Shown piece by piece: positions 45,327-47,764 of a stretch of 47,764 nucleotides of DNA. Every line of letters begins with the position of its first letter. The stretch's first letter is position 1. The position numbers and the translations under genes are program-made. The DNA is from a virus, in the IMG/VR virus record IMGVR_UViG_3300049033_000044, positions 1 to 47,764 of that record; one strand, written 5' to 3'. The notes beneath the pieces are model-generated. The model searched no databases. It worked only from the letters and a program-made list of their open reading frames with translations, and had not been told where the DNA came from.

Positions 45327-45352
45327 GACATGATTCCTTGTGTTGATGGATG

Positions 45353-45395
45353 AAATTAAAATGCCGGCTGACTCCGAAGGGGAAAGCCAGCCGGC
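45353..45395 (-). terminator. rho-independent terminator after the major capsid gene
   Basis: On the - strand: GCCGGCUG...CAGCCGGC (plus-strand 45388-45395 and 45363-45370) followed by AUUUUAAUUU (plus-strand 45353-45362). Confidence 0.7.
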
Positions 45396-45440
45396 ACCCG
45401 TCATAACGTCTGCGATGAGGCAGCAGACGAAGACGTCGAA

Positions 45441-46643
45441 TCAGACCGAAGCAGCAGCGGTCTGGATGTTGCGCATGATGCCGCAGAGAGGCGCGCCTTT
45501 GAGCTGGAATCCCAGTTCGTCGGCGATGTAGCCTTCGTCGGCGTCGACACCGTTGTTGGTGTTGTTATCGATCGTGAAATCCTGAGTCCAGGTGTCACGA
45601 AGCACGCGCTTGGAGACGAGGCCGGGATGCATGACGTAGAGTTCCTTCGACCAGGTCGGGTTCTCAGTCATCATCGGATGCGTCAGCAGAGTCAGGCTGT
45701 TCGTGATAAACGTCAGCTTGGTGACCTTGAAGCCGAATTCCGAATCCTCGACCGTGAGATCGTAGCGGGTGTCCTTGCGGACCATCTGCTGCACCAGATT
45801 CAGCACGAACGTGCTGGTGAATGCGATTCGCTCGTTCGGAAGACCCTTGGCATTCCGATTGAAGATGACTCGCATAAAGTCCTGGATGCCGGCCGTCGAC
45901 ATGGCGCCGCCAACTGCGTTGTAAGCTGCCGACTGAACCAGACCGCCGTAGTCTTCGATCTGAGCCAGAACGCCGTTGGACGTGCGCATTTCCTTCGAGT
46001 TGCGAGTCGTGACCGACCGGCGACCCCAGAGGAACGAACGTTCGATATCCTCGGCATGGTACTGAGCGCACTGCTGCTTGGAGTCGGCAAGCTTGCTGCC
46101 GGTCAAGTAGCTGATTGCCTTGACAGTCCCGGTGACAGACCAGCCGTTCTTGAAAATCTGCACGTAGTTGACGTACGATTCGCCGGCCTGCATGACAGGA
46201 GTGGGCTTGCCGCCGCCTTCTTCGAAAGCCGTGCCGATCAACTGGAGAGTCGCGTTGGCGGCGACAGCAGCAGCGGTCGTGCCTGCGAATCCACGGAGAA
46301 CCGTCATCGAGGTGTTGGAAGCAATGCCGGTGATGAAGATCATTTCACCGGTCGACTCGACCAGGAGGATCGAATTCGGAGTCCAGATACCGGTATCGAC
46401 GACGGTGAAGGTCGTGTCACCGATAAGCTGGCCGGCTGCGGAAACCGCACCATTGCCCGAGATGTGAGAATCTTCGATCCAGCTGTACGAAGTGTCGCTG
46501 ACTCGCTCCTCCTTCATGCCGGCGGAGAGAGCGAGAAGCGGAGCCGTGCCGCCGAAGTCCATGCGCAGAATCCGGCTGGAGAGAGTCGGCTGTCGATCCC
46601 CCACGATGCTGGAATGCGAAGCAAATACGCCACGAATTGCCAT
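45441..46643 (-). CDS. major capsid protein (400 aa)
   Basis: Follows the scaffold gene and is followed by a terminator. Size and strongly biased codon usage fit an abundant HK97-fold capsid protein. Start moved to ATG 46643 (AAAGGAA upstream) from track start 46691. Confidence 0.75.
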   Translation of the reverse strand: MAIRGVFASHSSIVGDRQPTLSSRILRMDFGGTAPLLALSAGMKEERVSDTSYSWIEDSHISGNGAVSAAGQLIGDTTFTVVDTGIWTPNSILLVESTGEMIFITGIASNTSMTVLRGFAGTTAAAVAANATLQLIGTAFEEGGGKPTPVMQAGESYVNYVQIFKNGWSVTGTVKAISYLTGSKLADSKQQCAQYHAEDIERSFLWGRRSVTTRNSKEMRTSNGVLAQIEDYGGLVQSAAYNAVGGAMSTAGIQDFMRVIFNRNAKGLPNERIAFTSTFVLNLVQQMVRKDTRYDLTVEDSEFGFKVTKLTFITNSLTLLTHPMMTENPTWSKELYVMHPGLVSKRVLRDTWTQDFTIDNNTNNGVDADEGYIADELGFQLKGAPLCGIMRNIQTAAASV

Positions 46644-46667
46644 TGTTGTGTTCCTTTCAAGAATCCA

Positions 46668-46699
46668 GGCCATCCATTTCATTCCAGACACGGATGGCC
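46668..46699 (-). promoter_or_regulatory. intercistronic stem-loop between the scaffold and capsid genes
   Basis: GGCCATCC (46668-46675) pairs with GGATGGCC (46692-46699); the loop is 16 nt. Possible processing site or attenuator. Confidence 0.4.
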
Positions 46700-46715
46700 T
46701 AGACCCGTGTTGGAA

Positions 46716-47519
46716 TCACGATTTTCCGAACATTGCATCCAAGGCATTTGCGCCCGTCTTCATGCCGGATTTGTTGTCACCACCGGAACGGTTGTTTCCG
46801 TTGGAATTGAAGCTCTGATTCGAGCCACCGCGCAACTGAGCAAGAGCCTTGCCGGTAGCTTTCGCAGCTTTCTCCGGCGTCATACCCTTACCAAGTGCGC
46901 TCTTGTAAACTTGGAGTCCAAGAGCTTTGTCGGCGCCCTTGAGTCCCAGGCTGTTGAACGACTTGTTCAGCTCGGCTTTCTTGTTGGTCGAAACCGACGC
47001 CGTTTGAATCTTCTTTTCCAGCTTCGGCACGATGATGCCGAGTGCGTGCTTCAGCACCTCAGGAATCACCGAGATGACTTCCTTGGCCAAGTTCTGATTC
47101 GTCGTGGTCAGCAACTTAGCGACCTGGGCCGAATCAGATGCGTCGAAGTCGGCCGGGATATCTTCCGGCTTGAGACCGATGCCGTTGATCTTGGAGTTCA
47201 GCAACTCGCCGAGAGTCTTGGTCGAATTCTGAATGCGGGCAGCTTCGTCCGGATCGTCATCATCCGAATCGTCGTCATTGCCGAAATCCAGTTCGCCGTC
47301 ATCGTCGTCTTCGTCATTGCCCAGCAGATCGTCGACCAGGTTTTCCGATTCAAGATCGATCTCACCCGGTTTGCCGCCCTGATTGCCAGGCTGCTGTTGC
47401 TGATTCCCATTTTGATTGTTGTCGTCGGATCCTCCGCCGGTGCCACCATTGGAGTTATCGACCGGCGCGAAAATGGGCAAGAACGACCAAAACGAAATTT
47501 TGCCATTGTTCAGTTTCAT
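46716..47519 (-). CDS. scaffolding protein (267 aa)
   Basis: Immediately upstream of the capsid gene. Gly/Asn/Gln-rich N-terminus and an extremely acidic tract (DDLLGNDEDDDDGELDFGNDDDSDDDDPDE), then a helical C-terminal half. Confidence 0.6.
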   Translation of the reverse strand: MKLNNGKISFWSFLPIFAPVDNSNGGTGGGSDDNNQNGNQQQQPGNQGGKPGEIDLESENLVDDLLGNDEDDDDGELDFGNDDDSDDDDPDEAARIQNSTKTLGELLNSKINGIGLKPEDIPADFDASDSAQVAKLLTTTNQNLAKEVISVIPEVLKHALGIIVPKLEKKIQTASVSTNKKAELNKSFNSLGLKGADKALGLQVYKSALGKGMTPEKAAKATGKALAQLRGGSNQSFNSNGNNRSGGDNKSGMKTGANALDAMFGKS

Positions 47520-47740
47520 GACTGCTTATTCCCTTCGTCAAGATTCAGGACTTCGTCGATTATACTAGGCAGCTGCTCCACGAGCTGAAACTGCATAGCG
47601 ACTTTGAATGCATCCTCAGGAGTCTTCACTTGATGAAGCTCGCTGGAAATGCGTGATCGAAGATGATTGAGAATCTCATCCTCGATACCGATTTTCCGGA
47701 AGTCTTCCCAGACTTTCCGAAATTGTTCTTTTTTGCTCAT
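47516..47740 (-). CDS. hypothetical protein (74 aa), spans the contig junction
   Basis: ORF track; RBS AAGGAA; its stop overlaps the scaffold start (ATGA). Confidence 0.6.
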   Translation of the reverse strand: MSKKEQFRKVWEDFRKIGIEDEILNHLRSRISSELHQVKTPEDAFKVAMQFQLVEQLPSIIDEVLNLDEGNKQS

Positions 47741-47764
47741 GGCGATTCCTTGTTGCGTCCGGCG
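47638..47764. repeat. Second copy of the terminal overlap (identical to nt 1-127)
   Basis: See the first feature. Confidence 0.95.

Noticed and set aside
45627-47588. 653-codon open reading frame on the + strand, antisense to the capsid and scaffold genes. Similar long antisense ORFs occur at 20537-21571, 6014-7015, 30896-32101, 29504-30445, 13124-13924, 15864-16604 and 1439-2296.
   Set aside because: Where I checked (45627-47588, 6014-7015 and 20537-21571), the antisense ORF is codon-aligned with the real gene on the opposite strand (same position modulo 3). In that register, stops arise only from sense codons TTA, CTA and TCA, which the well-expressed genes avoid. The translations are Arg/Gly/Leu/Ser-rich and lack RBSs. 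I treat them all as shadow ORFs, not overprinted genes.
1-47764. GA/TC dinucleotide richness as a trivial explanation for the GANTC excess
   Set aside because: Not fully rejected. GA and TC do look somewhat frequent. However, TCNGA and GANNTC, which use the same dinucleotides, occur at expectation in the same 720 nt where GANTC occurs 11 times. The finding is therefore kept and flagged for a shuffling test.

Overview
The window is one complete, circularly closed phage genome. Nt 1-127 are identical to nt 47638-47764, which gives a 47,637-bp unit, most likely a metagenome-assembled contig closed by a k-mer overlap. Gene content and order indicate a lytic, T7-supergroup-like (podovirus-type) dsDNA phage that relies on host RNA polymerase. 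Two divergent transcription arms leave a ~540-nt control region (7849-8391) that carries two near-consensus sigma70-type promoters and an array of CACTCGCA repeats. The rightward arm (8392-27023, + strand) encodes an HTH/RHH regulator, many small unknown early proteins, an SF1 RecD/Dda-like helicase, a Cas4-like PD-(D/E)XK nuclease, a Sak4-like ATPase, a putative SSB, a UDG-fold-like protein, a family A DNA polymerase, a dNMP-kinase-like P-loop protein and a DUF3987-like ATPase. The leftward arm (7848 down through the contig junction to 27050, - strand) encodes five small early genes, terminase, portal, scaffold and major capsid protein. It also carries a complete lysis cassette (GH108 muramidase, overlapping i-/o-spanin pair, membrane proteins) embedded among virion genes, tail and two fibre genes, and three internal-virion-protein-like genes including a 1688-aa giant. 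The arms converge on a bidirectional intrinsic terminator (27001-27045). I recognise no tRNA, rRNA, CRISPR array, integrase, transposase, RNA polymerase or DNA methyltransferase. Functional calls rest on motifs readable in the translated ORFs plus synteny; no database search was possible. The most notable non-standard signals are: (1) a roughly four-fold excess of GANTC in coding and non-coding DNA; (2) a shared basic-RFG-x3-4-[LMI]DF C-terminal tail on several unrelated early proteins; (3) the repeat array in the control region; (4) two long, highly structured non-coding leaders inside the late arm; (5) ~90-100-nt out-of-frame overlaps around the UDG-like and DNA polymerase genes.
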